A stretch of 64,000 nucleotides of DNA, from contig JBHLMN010000020.1 in the NCBI GenBank assembly GCA_048938105.1, positions 32,001 to 96,000 of the forward strand, given 5' to 3'. A program made the position numbers and the translations under genes. The notes under the pieces were generated by a model, which was given only the letters and a program-made list of their open reading frames with translations, made no database searches and was not told the origin of the DNA. This stretch comes from Promethearchaeota archaeon. Lineage in GTDB: Archaea > Asgardarchaeota > Heimdallarchaeia > Hodarchaeales > Hodarchaeaceae. Positions 18,012-28,268 of the stretch are shown here, piece by piece. Numbering within the stretch: position 1 is the stretch's first letter; each line of letters starts with the position of its first letter.

Positions 18012-18504
18012 TGTTAGCAAGTGTACAGGTTGTAGAATGTGTGAAACTACTTGTACAATGCTTCATACAGGCCGAGTTAACCGAAATATGGCTAGAATAC
18101 ACGTTGTGAATTTATTTCAAATTGGAATTGACGGTCCTGTTGTTTGTCTTCAATGTAAAGAAAGATATTGTATGGATTGTCCTTCAAATGCCATTACATT
18201 AGGGAATCAAGGACAAATAATAATATCTCCCACATTATGCACACTTTGTGGAAAATGTGAGAGGAATTGCCCTATAGGAGCGATACAGATCTTCAACAAA
18301 ATTGTATATGTCTGTGATCTCTGCGGAGGTTCTCCTAAATGTGTTGAAGTTTGTACCGAGGGTGCGATCAGCTACATTCCCGAGTTTGAAAAGACTTCGC
18401 TTGCTTACCTTAAAGAAGAAATGAAGAACATGAACCCTAGTGAAAGACAAATGCATTATGTTGAGACACTAGGGAGAGATGTAAGGAGAAATTGGAGGAG
18501 GTAA
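17992..18504 (+). CDS. 4Fe-4S dicluster electron-transfer subunit (DmsB/CooF-like)
   Basis: CTGCRMCETTC, CLQC, CTLCGKCERNCP, CDLCGGSPKCVEVC. Confidence 0.92.
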   Translation: MMMIQLDVSKCTGCRMCETTCTMLHTGRVNRNMARIHVVNLFQIGIDGPVVCLQCKERYCMDCPSNAITLGNQGQIIISPTLCTLCGKCERNCPIGAIQIFNKIVYVCDLCGGSPKCVEVCTEGAISYIPEFEKTSLAYLKEEMKNMNPSERQMHYVETLGRDVRRNWRR

Positions 18505-18509
18505 AGCAA

Positions 18510-20294
18510 ATGGATTATGGCTATGGAGGAAAAATATTACGAATAGATCTCTCCGAAAGAAGGTATAAAATTGACAAATTGAAGAAGAGTTGGATCAAAA
18601 ATGTGATAGGGGGCAGAGCGGCAAATTCTAAAAGGTTATTTGAGGAATTAGATCCGAACTGTGATCCACTTGGGCCTGATAATTTATTAATTTTTGGTAT
18701 TGGCCCCTTAACGGGCTCTTATCTACCCGCATCCGCTTATTTCACGATTTCTGCAAAATCCCCTTTAACAGGAATATTGGGTGACTCCGCTGCAGGGGGC
18801 CAATTTGGTTCCGAAATGAAATTAACTGGTTTTGATCAGATCATCATAACTGGTAAAGCAAGTAATCTACTTTATTTGTTGATTACTAACTCAGATGTTG
18901 ATTTCATAGATTGTTCCCAATATGTAGGGGATTTTGTACTGGATACAACTCATAAGATTCGGAAAGAGCAGAGAGATTATTCAATCCAAGTAGCAGCTAT
19001 TGGCCCCGCGGGGGAGAACATGGTTCTATACTCTTCTGTTATTTCAAGCGGAAACAGGGCAAGTGGAAGAACTGGAATGGGAGCAGTAATGGGAGCAAAG
19101 AATCTTAAAGCTATTGCAGTCCGTGGGGGTTGTTCTGTAGAATTGGCGGAACCACTCGCATTTTTATCAGAGGTAAAAAAAATCAAGAAAGAGATTTTCG
19201 ATCATAATGAATATTCCAAACGTTATAACCTAGGAACGACAATGTTAATGACTGATCTAAATGGTATTGGAATTCTACCTACAAATCATTTCCAGAAAGG
19301 GGTATGTAATTACCTCAATAAAGTCTCTGGAGAACATCTAGCTGCAAATTTCAAAGTAAAAAATAAGGGGTGTTTCAATTGTAATCTTCATTGTTCTAGA
19401 TATTACGTTTGTGGAGATTATGAGGCTGAAGGACCTGAATATGAAACATTATGTGGGTTTACCTCTCGAATTGGAGTTTCAGATCTAGAGTTTGCTTTGG
19501 AAATGAATTATTATCTCAATCAGGTAGGTTTGGACTCACTCTCCACCTGTGAAGTGATCGGATGGGTAATGGAATGTCAAGAAAAGGGATTGATCAGACC
19601 TGAAGAAGTTGGTGGAATAGAGATTTCTTGGGGCGATACAAATAAGATCAGAGAAATTGTTGAGATGATAACCTTCCGTAAGGGGATTGGTGATGAATTT
19701 GCAGAAGGAGCGACTAAATTTTCACAGAAATTTAGTGAGGAGGTAAGAAAACTTGTCATGCAGGTTAAGGGCCTTGATATTATCTGTGGTGATCCTCGTG
19801 GTTTGAAAGCATATGGTTTGACTTATGCCATTGCTTCCCGAGGGGGAGACCATCTAAGAGCTGAACCGTTTTTCGAGCTTACTGAGAGATGGGAAGAAGC
19901 TAAAAATAGATTTGGTACTGAAAAAGCTGCTGATAGACTTTCAGAGGAAGGTAAAGCAGCACTAGTCACCTATTCTGAGAAAATTGCGCTCCTAACGGAT
20001 AGTATGACGATGTGTAAAAACATTGGTCTCTGTATGGATATTTTAAACTTAGAGAATGCGTCAAATCTCTTGACTTATGGTACAGGGATTGAATACACAC
20101 CTGAATATTTAATAAAGATTCTTGAAGAGTCTATTGAAAGGGATTACAAGCTCAATCAAAAATTTGGAATGAAACTAGAGGATACTCTCCCAGAAAGGTT
20201 TACTTCTGAATCACTCAATGAAGGCCCGACTCAGGGATCTACAGTAAATATACAAAAAATGGTTAAAGAGTATAATAGATTACATAATCGCTAA
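18510..20294 (+). CDS. aor: Aldehyde:ferredoxin oxidoreductase family (tungstoenzyme)
   Basis: GYGGKILRIDLS, AKSPLTG, GRTGMGAVMGAKNLKAI, CFNCNLHC, EGPEYET, RGGDH, LPERF; ATG 18510 follows GGAGGAGG. Confidence 0.92.
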   Translation: MDYGYGGKILRIDLSERRYKIDKLKKSWIKNVIGGRAANSKRLFEELDPNCDPLGPDNLLIFGIGPLTGSYLPASAYFTISAKSPLTGILGDSAAGGQFGSEMKLTGFDQIIITGKASNLLYLLITNSDVDFIDCSQYVGDFVLDTTHKIRKEQRDYSIQVAAIGPAGENMVLYSSVISSGNRASGRTGMGAVMGAKNLKAIAVRGGCSVELAEPLAFLSEVKKIKKEIFDHNEYSKRYNLGTTMLMTDLNGIGILPTNHFQKGVCNYLNKVSGEHLAANFKVKNKGCFNCNLHCSRYYVCGDYEAEGPEYETLCGFTSRIGVSDLEFALEMNYYLNQVGLDSLSTCEVIGWVMECQEKGLIRPEEVGGIEISWGDTNKIREIVEMITFRKGIGDEFAEGATKFSQKFSEEVRKLVMQVKGLDIICGDPRGLKAYGLTYAIASRGGDHLRAEPFFELTERWEEAKNRFGTEKAADRLSEEGKAALVTYSEKIALLTDSMTMCKNIGLCMDILNLENASNLLTYGTGIEYTPEYLIKILEESIERDYKLNQKFGMKLEDTLPERFTSESLNEGPTQGSTVNIQKMVKEYNRLHNR

Positions 20295-20449
20295 TAGTTG
20301 CAGATTAATATAATCTAGCCATTTAATGAGAGAAATAACATATTCAACGAAGAAATTCATCCATATTTTATCAGACGTAAACAGAGGCGATTTTAATTGG
20401 AACTTTGGGGGAGTGGATGTTACAATTTTTACTTAGCTAGGTACAAATC

Positions 20450-21601
20450 TTATGGCCCTGGGGCTCTTTGATTCATCTTTACGAGTTTTAGAGCTTCTAG
20501 AAGATATTCATCTACTTGGGCTTGTTTTATTCGGATTTGAAACGATGCATTACTTTGGACTAAGGTTTCCCATTCATTAAATTGATCCTGTATCAGTTTT
20601 TTCTCCTCTACAACTCTGTCAACTAATTGATTTAGCTTTTTCTCCTTTGCGATTACTTCTGCTTGTTCTAAGAATTCAAACGCTTTTGTAAGATCACCTT
20701 CTATCATAGCGAATTTGGTTTGAATTATTAAAGCGTTAACAACTGAAGAATGAGATTGTTGCTGACGGGATAATTCTATTAGTTTATTTACAAGATTTTT
20801 AACATCATGAAGTATTGTTTCCTCTTCTGATACACTTAGTTCTATAAGAAGAAGTTCACACAAACTGATCATCGCATCAAAAGTATTAGGGAAAAATACC
20901 ATTCGTTCTTCAGCAATTTCTTTAAAAATTTCTTGTGCTTTCATTTTATCACGAAGACGTGGGCTATATTTCAGAATATGGCCTTCTGCTAATCGACATA
21001 GCTGATTGACATATTTCTTATATTCATGTGTTTTAATTTTGGTTAAAGATAAAATCTGTAATCGTTGAAAATAATCCTTTGCATCTTCAATCTCCTGAAT
21101 ATCAAGAGTTAAAGAAACAAGTCTATAAAGTACCTGACTAGCCAAAGCATAAAACTCTTCTTCTTCACATAATATTAAAGCTTGATTTGCATATTCGATT
21201 GCTCGAATGAAGTCTCCTTTAGCTTGATAGACATCTGCTAAGTGTGCAGGAGGGTACACTCTCCCAAAAGGTTTTCCTAAAGAATTGAATTCCCTCATAC
21301 TTTGATGAAAATAATCTTCAGCAAAGTCAAGTTCTCCTTTCATGTAATAAATAAAACCCACTGTATCTTTTGCATTAGCTACTCCAACTTTATGTCCAAT
21401 TCCTTCAAGAGTTGCTAAGCTTTTCAATCCATATTTTAATGCTTGATCTAATTCTCCTTGACATAAATAATAGGTTGAAATTTCATTAAGGGCTTCTCCT
21501 ACTTTATCTGTTCTTCCACTTTTTTCAAAGGATTTGACTACTCTCCAAGCTTCTTCGAACTTACCTTGGAACATGAGTTTTTCAATTCCCAGGCCAGTCA
21601 A
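20450..21601 (-). CDS. Tetratricopeptide repeat protein
   Basis: Repeated (Y)xxxGEL/DF..A..Y...L helical units; helical C-terminus. Confidence 0.8.
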   Translation of the reverse strand: MTGLGIEKLMFQGKFEEAWRVVKSFEKSGRTDKVGEALNEISTYYLCQGELDQALKYGLKSLATLEGIGHKVGVANAKDTVGFIYYMKGELDFAEDYFHQSMREFNSLGKPFGRVYPPAHLADVYQAKGDFIRAIEYANQALILCEEEEFYALASQVLYRLVSLTLDIQEIEDAKDYFQRLQILSLTKIKTHEYKKYVNQLCRLAEGHILKYSPRLRDKMKAQEIFKEIAEERMVFFPNTFDAMISLCELLLIELSVSEEETILHDVKNLVNKLIELSRQQQSHSSVVNALIIQTKFAMIEGDLTKAFEFLEQAEVIAKEKKLNQLVDRVVEEKKLIQDQFNEWETLVQSNASFQIRIKQAQVDEYLLEALKLVKMNQRAPGP

Positions 21602-21887
21602 GTTTCTCTACTCCATTCATTCTAACTATGGTTTAAATCTTTGATTTTTAATATTTAAGTAACTCTATCAAAATAATCCTTTTTATAGATTAATTTTTCT
21701 TTATTTTTTTTATCAGGGCAATAAACAATTTATAAAAGAATTTTGGTATCAATTAAAAGCAAAGAATTATATCTATAATTAAGCTAGTAAGATAGCAAAA
21801 CTGTAGTTAAATTTGATGGTTATTGCCCTTAAAAGAAACCCTACTTGGGATTATATTGTAAAGATTCAAAAAAAGGGCATATAATCG

Positions 21888-22892
21888 TTAACGGGTACAG
21901 ATTATCTCTTTTAACTGCTGAATACTGATATTCCCTCCACTAATAATTAAAATGACATTTTTTTCTTCAAAACGATCTGTTTCTTTCAGATATGCTGCAA
22001 CTGTGACCCCTGCTGCTCCTTCAATAACCATGTGGTGTTTTTCAAGCATGAATAAAATGGCATTAGCAATTTCCTCCTCATTTACAAGAATATAGTGATC
22101 TACATAACGTTGACACAGTTTAAAGGTAATAGCATTAGGTTCAATACCCCCTGCTGATCCATCACTCAGTGTTGGTTTACTTTTCATATCAATAATCTTT
22201 CCAGCCTTAATGGACTCATACATCACTGCGGAATTTAATGGAAGACATCCTACAATTTTAATTTTTGGATTTAGATCTTTCAAATAGCCTGCTATACCTG
22301 ATATTAATCCCCCACCTCCAATAGTAACTAGGACGATATCAATCTTATCTAGCTGTCTAGTAAGTTCTATTGCAATAGTACCCTGTCCTCCAATAATCTC
22401 TAGATCATTATATGGTGAAATAAAGACCTTATTTTCCCGTTCTGCAATTTCCTTGGCAAAAATCTCTGCTTCAACACTATCTGTGCCATAAAATTCCAAT
22501 GGGATGTTATAATTGCGTAATCTATCAATTTTCACTTGAGCTGTTATAGTGGGAAGATAAATAGTTCCAGTTCCACCAAGTTTGGTTAATGCGTAAGCGA
22601 CTGCTAATCCATGATTACCAGATGATGCTGTAGTGATTTCAATTTCTTTAGGAAGAGAAAGTATTTTGTTTATGGCTCCTCTAGCTTTGAATGATCCAGT
22701 CAATTGTACATTCTCCATTTTTAGATAAACTTTACTTCCTCTTCCCATTTTACTTAAATATGGGGAATATTCAAGAGGGGTTTCTCTGATATAGGCTCTG
22801 ATACGCTTCTCAGCTTCAAGAACTTCATTTCTTATTGTTTTTGAAATCTGATGATTATGTTTCTCTTCGATCTTCAAGAAGTACAACCTCAA
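21888..22892 (-). CDS. Threonine/serine dehydratase family PLP enzyme
   Basis: ETPL, KMENVQLTGSFKARGA, SSGNHG, IGGGGLISG, EGAAG, ISGGN. Confidence 0.92.
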   Translation of the reverse strand: MRLYFLKIEEKHNHQISKTIRNEVLEAEKRIRAYIRETPLEYSPYLSKMGRGSKVYLKMENVQLTGSFKARGAINKILSLPKEIEITTASSGNHGLAVAYALTKLGGTGTIYLPTITAQVKIDRLRNYNIPLEFYGTDSVEAEIFAKEIAERENKVFISPYNDLEIIGGQGTIAIELTRQLDKIDIVLVTIGGGGLISGIAGYLKDLNPKIKIVGCLPLNSAVMYESIKAGKIIDMKSKPTLSDGSAGGIEPNAITFKLCQRYVDHYILVNEEEIANAILFMLEKHHMVIEGAAGVTVAAYLKETDRFEEKNVILIISGGNISIQQLKEIICTR

Positions 22893-23036
22893 GTGTTAGT
22901 AATTTGGGTCTCATTATTAACCTATTGAAGAATAGAACTAATATTATATATACAAAATAATTGAGAATGGTATAATGTACGTACAAAATGATAGGTTATT
23001 AAAAGAATGGTACATAATACGAAGAAGGAATTAAGA

Positions 23037-23354
23037 ATGATAAGTCGTATTTGGCATGGATGGACAACATGCGGGAACGCTGATGCTTATGAATCACTTC
23101 TCAAGAGCGAAATTTTCTCAAGTATAGAGAACCAACGGATTGCTGGTTATAAAGGAATCCATCTTTTTCGTCGTAATATTGGAGATGAAGTAGAGTTCAT
23201 TACTATTATGTGGTTTGATTCATTAGAAGCCATTCACGCTTTTGCAGGAGAAGATTATGAGTTAGCAGTCGTTCCTCCTAAAGCAAGAGCTTTACTTTCT
23301 CGGTTTGACACGCGTTCTCAACATTATGAAGTTAGGGCCGAAGTAAAAGTATAA
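23037..23354 (+). CDS. Antibiotic biosynthesis monooxygenase-like dimeric alpha/beta barrel protein
   Basis: MISRIWHGWT, EFITIMWFDSLEAI.AFAGEDYE.AVVP, HYEV; track start is 23007. Confidence 0.82.
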   Translation: MISRIWHGWTTCGNADAYESLLKSEIFSSIENQRIAGYKGIHLFRRNIGDEVEFITIMWFDSLEAIHAFAGEDYELAVVPPKARALLSRFDTRSQHYEVRAEVKV

Positions 23355-23479
23355 CTCCGCTTTATTCCTCTAGAATGGCATAGAAGTTTACTCGCTACTG
23401 ATTTATTATATTAACTCCTAGATTTCTTTGTAGAATTGTTTAATTAAAGAAAATCCACAATCTATAGATACAAATCCAG

Positions 23480-24664
23480 TTGGGAAAAGCATTGGTTATT
23501 AACTTTAATGAAATTCAACCCAAATATTATTCCCTTCATCCTAATGAAATGTTTAATTATCAATTCAACAAGGGAATTTCTATTGGTTATGCCCGGGTTG
23601 AGGATTTAAAAGAAGTTGTTTCAAAAATTCACAGTCTTCATGATTGGGTACATGAAATGCGCTTATTAGCAGATCGAGCCAAATCTGAAAAGAGAATCCT
23701 AAATGCAGCTTATTATTATCGGATGACTGAATTTTATACTCTTCCATCTGATTCAGAAAAGAGTGTACTATACAATAAATTCAATAAATTGATCTATCAG
23801 GTTTTCAAAGGTAATCTTTTCAAGGATTATTCTGTTCCGTATGAAAGAGGATTTCTTCCCACATATCGCTTTAAATCAACAAAAAATAATTCTAAGGGTA
23901 CAATTATTGTCCATGGAGGATTTGATTCATTCATTGAAGAGTTTTTTCCTCTTGCGACATTCTTGGTTGAGAAAGGATATGAAGTATTTATGTTTGAAGG
24001 CCCAGGTCAAGGAAAAGCACTGTTCAAACATCAGCTCAATCTAATTCCAGAATGGGAGAAACCTGTGAGCACTATCCTTGATTTTTTCAACCTAACGGAT
24101 GTTATATTGATTGGTATTTCTTTAGGTGGTTATTTAGGACTTAGAGCTGCAGCATACGATCATCGAATAAGTAAAGTGGTGGTTTTTGGAGTCATCTATG
24201 ACTTCTATTCAGCAAGAATGAGTACATTATCACTGAGCTCACGAATCATATCTAAAATACTAATTTCTCTTCAGAAGGATAGGTTGTTCAATTCTCTTAT
24301 TCAAAAAGCAATGAAGAAAGACCCCTTCGTGAATTGGTCATATCAACAATCTATGTACGTTTTTGGAGTAAGTACGCCTTATGAAGTTATTAAACGGATG
24401 AAACAATTCAATCTCATAAAGATATCAAGATTAATCAAACAGGATATTTTACTCTTACATGGAGAAGAGGATAATTTTATTCCATTAAAGATGTATTTTA
24501 AGCAGAAGAAGGCATTAACCGCAGCAAAATCTACTTCGGGACGAATTTTTACTGCAGTGGAGAATGCATCACACCATTGTCAAATAGGAAATATTAAGCT
24601 TGCATTCGATACAATTTACGATTGGATAGAGGGTAGATGGTTAAATATTAAATTTGATGTTTAA
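23480..24664 (+). CDS. Alpha/beta hydrolase (FrsA/dihydropseudooxynicotine hydrolase-like)
   Basis: HGGFDS, EGPGQG, GISLGG, GEED, HCQIGN. Confidence 0.88.
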   Translation: MGKALVINFNEIQPKYYSLHPNEMFNYQFNKGISIGYARVEDLKEVVSKIHSLHDWVHEMRLLADRAKSEKRILNAAYYYRMTEFYTLPSDSEKSVLYNKFNKLIYQVFKGNLFKDYSVPYERGFLPTYRFKSTKNNSKGTIIVHGGFDSFIEEFFPLATFLVEKGYEVFMFEGPGQGKALFKHQLNLIPEWEKPVSTILDFFNLTDVILIGISLGGYLGLRAAAYDHRISKVVVFGVIYDFYSARMSTLSLSSRIISKILISLQKDRLFNSLIQKAMKKDPFVNWSYQQSMYVFGVSTPYEVIKRMKQFNLIKISRLIKQDILLLHGEEDNFIPLKMYFKQKKALTAAKSTSGRIFTAVENASHHCQIGNIKLAFDTIYDWIEGRWLNIKFDV

Positions 24665-24761
24665 TATGCTTGATGAGCCTCTCAAAAGATTTCTTTTTGT
24701 TGCTATATAGATATGGTTTTTTCAATGGTTAAACTGATAAAGGAATTTCATAAGATAATTT

Positions 24762-25622
24762 TTGGTGAATTTTTTGAAGGCGTTTATTTCAATTGATCTA
24801 GAGGGATTACCTTTTATTGTCATCCCAGGGCATTTAAGTCTAAAGGGAACATTATATTCTGAAGCTAGAAAAATCGCTACCAAAGTTGTTCTGATTGTTG
24901 CAGATGAGTTGAATAGGACTGGATTTGATAAAGTCATAATAGCTGATTCTCATGGCCCGATGGTTAACATTAAGGTTGATGATTTACCAGAGTACGTAGA
25001 AATCGTTAGAGGCATTCCTCGTCCCGTTAGTATGGTTTCAGGGGTAGAGGAATGTGATGTAGCTCTGTTTCTTGGTTATCATGCGAAATTTGGGACTGCA
25101 AAATCAACTTTCGATCACACTTATTCAGGAAGGAGTATTCATCGATTTGTTATCAATGGAATACCTGTTAGTGAATTTCTTCTCAATTCTTATGCTGCAG
25201 GTTTCTACGATGTCCCTGTTATTCTAGTTGCGGGGGATGCTCAACTTCTCGAAGATGATGCGGAAAAATTTACTCCATGGGTGGAAACTGTTGTTTTCAA
25301 AAAATCATTGAGTAGAGTTTCAGCAAAAAGTCCTAGTATGATTAAGATTGAAGCGGAGTTGAGAGAATCTGTTAATAAAGCAGTGATTAACTTCAAAGAA
25401 AACAATGTTCGGCCACTAAAGACTGAGGAACCAGTAAAAGCTAGAATTATCTTTAATGCGAGTCACTTTGCTGATGTTGCAGAACTATTACCTATTATTG
25501 ATAGAACAGATGGATTAACTGTAGAATACACAGCTAATAATATAATCGATGCTTATAAGATATTTCAATTGCTGGTTTTTGCTTCTTCTGGTGTTTCAGG
25601 CTTACTTGAATGGTTACAATAA
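24762..25622 (+). CDS. dppA: D-aminopeptidase, peptidase family M55
   Basis: ISIDLEG, ADSHG.M.N, FLGYHA, FDHTY, SEFLLN, AGD. Confidence 0.9.
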   Translation: MVNFLKAFISIDLEGLPFIVIPGHLSLKGTLYSEARKIATKVVLIVADELNRTGFDKVIIADSHGPMVNIKVDDLPEYVEIVRGIPRPVSMVSGVEECDVALFLGYHAKFGTAKSTFDHTYSGRSIHRFVINGIPVSEFLLNSYAAGFYDVPVILVAGDAQLLEDDAEKFTPWVETVVFKKSLSRVSAKSPSMIKIEAELRESVNKAVINFKENNVRPLKTEEPVKARIIFNASHFADVAELLPIIDRTDGLTVEYTANNIIDAYKIFQLLVFASSGVSGLLEWLQ

Positions 25623-26392
25623 ATCGGATGAATAAAATGAATCACCGTGTTGCGATAGTTAGAGAGCCTGGCAAAAGTTTTCCTCGATGTGTAACATCCC
25701 ATCCATTACAACATACAATAAACGTGGCTAATGCTAAGAAACAACATGCAATTTATTGTAACACGTTAAAAGAATTGGGCCTTGAGGTTATTTATTTGCC
25801 TATAGATGACACACATCCTGATTCATGTTTTGTTGAGGACAATGCCGTTATTCACAATAAAAAAGCGTTGATCACCCGTATGGGGGTCGCGACTCGTCGT
25901 GGAGAAGAAGTAATAGTTGAGAAAGCTCTGAATGATTTTTTAGAAACAAAAAGAACTTTAGCTCCAGGCACGATTGAAGGAGGAGATGTCATTCATCTCC
26001 CAGATCGCTTGATTTGCGGAGTAACCCAGCGAACAAATCATGATGGCGTTAATCAAATGATTAAATGGCTTGATGTGTCAGTAGAAATATGGGTTGATCC
26101 CAATATTGTACATCTTAAAAGTAATTTTACATATTTAGGAAAAGACACTGTTATTGCCGCTAAAGCTTATACTAATCATCCATTACTAAATAAGATGAAT
26201 ATTCTTGTTGTAGAGTCTGATGAAAGTTATGCAGCTAATACTTTAACAATAAACAATAGCGTATTAATGCCTAAAGGGTTTCCTAACTCCCGAACAATGG
26301 TTACCGAGGCTGGTTTTGAAGTAATACCTTTAGAAATGAGTGAGTTTCAAAAATGTGAAGGAGCATTAACATGTCTTTCACTGATCTTTTAA
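25610..26392 (+). CDS. Dimethylarginine dimethylaminohydrolase (amidinotransferase superfamily)
   Basis: PDSCFVED, RRGE, IEGGDV, RTN, HLKS, GALTCLS (catalytic Cys). Confidence 0.9.
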   Translation: MVTINRMNKMNHRVAIVREPGKSFPRCVTSHPLQHTINVANAKKQHAIYCNTLKELGLEVIYLPIDDTHPDSCFVEDNAVIHNKKALITRMGVATRRGEEVIVEKALNDFLETKRTLAPGTIEGGDVIHLPDRLICGVTQRTNHDGVNQMIKWLDVSVEIWVDPNIVHLKSNFTYLGKDTVIAAKAYTNHPLLNKMNILVVESDESYAANTLTINNSVLMPKGFPNSRTMVTEAGFEVIPLEMSEFQKCEGALTCLSLIF

Positions 26393-26414
26393 GCAAACAA
26401 ACATTGGTTTTAAA

Positions 26415-26975
26415 ATGATCATTGGAAAAAATGTGACTTTAAGAGGTCTAGAATTAAGTGATGTTAATGAATTATTGCTATATTATAATAACAAACAGTT
26501 TATGAATTATTTTGGTCGAATAACCATAATGTCACATGAAGAAGGCATAGAATGGATACGTAAAACCTGGGAAGAGAGAAAAAAGGGTGAAGCTTATACA
26601 TTTGGAATAATTACAAATGATAACACAAAATACATTGGTAATGTTCGTCTTAAAATCCTAAATAATGTAAGTAGAAGAGCTGATATAAGCATTGGAATCT
26701 TTAATCCAAAGTATCGAAATAAGGGTTTGGGAACAGAATCATTAGTTCTTCTTATTAATTTTGGTTTTGACACACTTAATTTACTTAGCATGGAATTAAG
26801 AGTTTTTTCAGACAACAACCGAGCTATTGCTGTTTATAAGACGCTAGGTTTTCGCGAAATTGGACTTCGTAGGAAAGCTGACTTTGTCGAAGGTAAATTC
26901 TTAGATGATTTAATGATGGACTTGCTAATAGAAGAATGGCGACCTAAGAGAATCGAAGAAGTATCCAGTAGTTGA
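26415..26975 (+). CDS. GNAT acetyltransferase, RimJ/RimL family
   Basis: LRGLE, YRNKGLGTE, N.RAIAVYKTLGFREIG. Confidence 0.9.
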   Translation: MIIGKNVTLRGLELSDVNELLLYYNNKQFMNYFGRITIMSHEEGIEWIRKTWEERKKGEAYTFGIITNDNTKYIGNVRLKILNNVSRRADISIGIFNPKYRNKGLGTESLVLLINFGFDTLNLLSMELRVFSDNNRAIAVYKTLGFREIGLRRKADFVEGKFLDDLMMDLLIEEWRPKRIEEVSSS

Positions 26976-26980
26976 TTATT

Positions 26981-28153
26981 TCACTGCTTCTTGATCGCTT
27001 CAGTAATCAATCTTTTTCTTTCGTTTAACAATTCTTTTTTAGTTTCTTCTACTTGTTGATTGAGAGCATTGAATTGATGGTTCACATCACTCAATTTATT
27101 TTCAAGCCACTGATTTGCCCTAGATGCGTCTTGTAATGCTTGACGAACAGATTCTCGTGATCTATGAATTTTATCTCGAGCAGCAAGATCTGAAAAAATA
27201 TTATCCATGAATCCATCCCAAAAAAATGACATTTCTTCAACATAAGCTTTGCTCAATGAAGATCTAATGTCTGGGTATTCGTGAATGGCTCGTTGGATGT
27301 TATTATGTGCATTATGAACACGATTGCGTGCATCGCTCATTCTAGAATGTTTAATGGAATCAGCGATGAGTCCCCCACCTAAGATATCCCAAGTCGAAAA
27401 ACCTGATGCACTTCTAAGTGCTTCTAATGCATAATTTAGATCTGCTATCGCATGCTCTAAATGATTTTTAGCACGAAATATTCGTGAGCGATTATCTGTG
27501 ATCGGTCCTATCTGATTTTCAAGGTTTGTCAATCGTTGTTCTATAGCATCTTCTATGGGATCAACGACCCCATGGCACACATTATGAATTAATTCCTTCA
27601 ATTCCGTTTCGAGTTTGGATTTTGTCTGAAAAAGATCTTCAAGTTGGTAGATTTGCTTTTCTGTCTGTGATATTAGAGATGTCAACTCTTGACATTCCCT
27701 AGCTGCGGCTTCTTCTTTATTGAGTACATTTAGGTATTCTACTTTCTCCTTTTCCAGTTGTTGATCTTTAGTGCCTTTTATTCTAGCCATAAGTGATGTT
27801 GTGCTTAATTTTTCGAGCTTTTCTACATCTTTATACTCTTTCTTTCGTTGTTCTATTAGAGAATCCAACAATGCTTGTGTATTAACCAATGAATTGCTTA
27901 AATTCCTAAGATACGCTCGTTGTTGATCAAGTTCATTTGGAATATTCTTTAAACCTTCGATTCGTTCTTCTAGTCCTTGATACCTTGTAATAGTATCAAC
28001 ATCTAAATCGATTAGCGGCTTTCCAATTGTTTCCTTAGCTTTCTCAACAATTGAGGAAGTCCTTAGATTAAAACCACAATAAGAACAGAAAATATCGCCA
28101 ATATCAACCATTTTCCCGCAATTAAGGCATTCAACCATCTTAAAACCAACCAA
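26981..28153 (-). CDS. Zinc-ribbon plus long coiled-coil hypothetical protein
   Basis: CLNCG...FCSYCG; heptad-rich helices; STWDILGGGLIAD and FFWDGFMDNIFSD segments. Confidence 0.75.
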   Translation of the reverse strand: MVGFKMVECLNCGKMVDIGDIFCSYCGFNLRTSSIVEKAKETIGKPLIDLDVDTITRYQGLEERIEGLKNIPNELDQQRAYLRNLSNSLVNTQALLDSLIEQRKKEYKDVEKLEKLSTTSLMARIKGTKDQQLEKEKVEYLNVLNKEEAAARECQELTSLISQTEKQIYQLEDLFQTKSKLETELKELIHNVCHGVVDPIEDAIEQRLTNLENQIGPITDNRSRIFRAKNHLEHAIADLNYALEALRSASGFSTWDILGGGLIADSIKHSRMSDARNRVHNAHNNIQRAIHEYPDIRSSLSKAYVEEMSFFWDGFMDNIFSDLAARDKIHRSRESVRQALQDASRANQWLENKLSDVNHQFNALNQQVEETKKELLNERKRLITEAIKKQ

Positions 28154-28268
28154 TTTCTATAAAAATCGATTATTTGAATGATAAAAGTTTAGAGTTACCT
28201 ATAATATTTGTTTTTTTTTGATTTTGGTAGGATCAGAAAAAGAATATTGAATTGAGTTAAAAGAAAAG

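Noticed and set aside
20280-20449. Stop-codon readthrough or frameshift restoring the AOR C-terminus
   Set aside because: Tandem TAA TAG stops and no RGW-like continuation seen downstream
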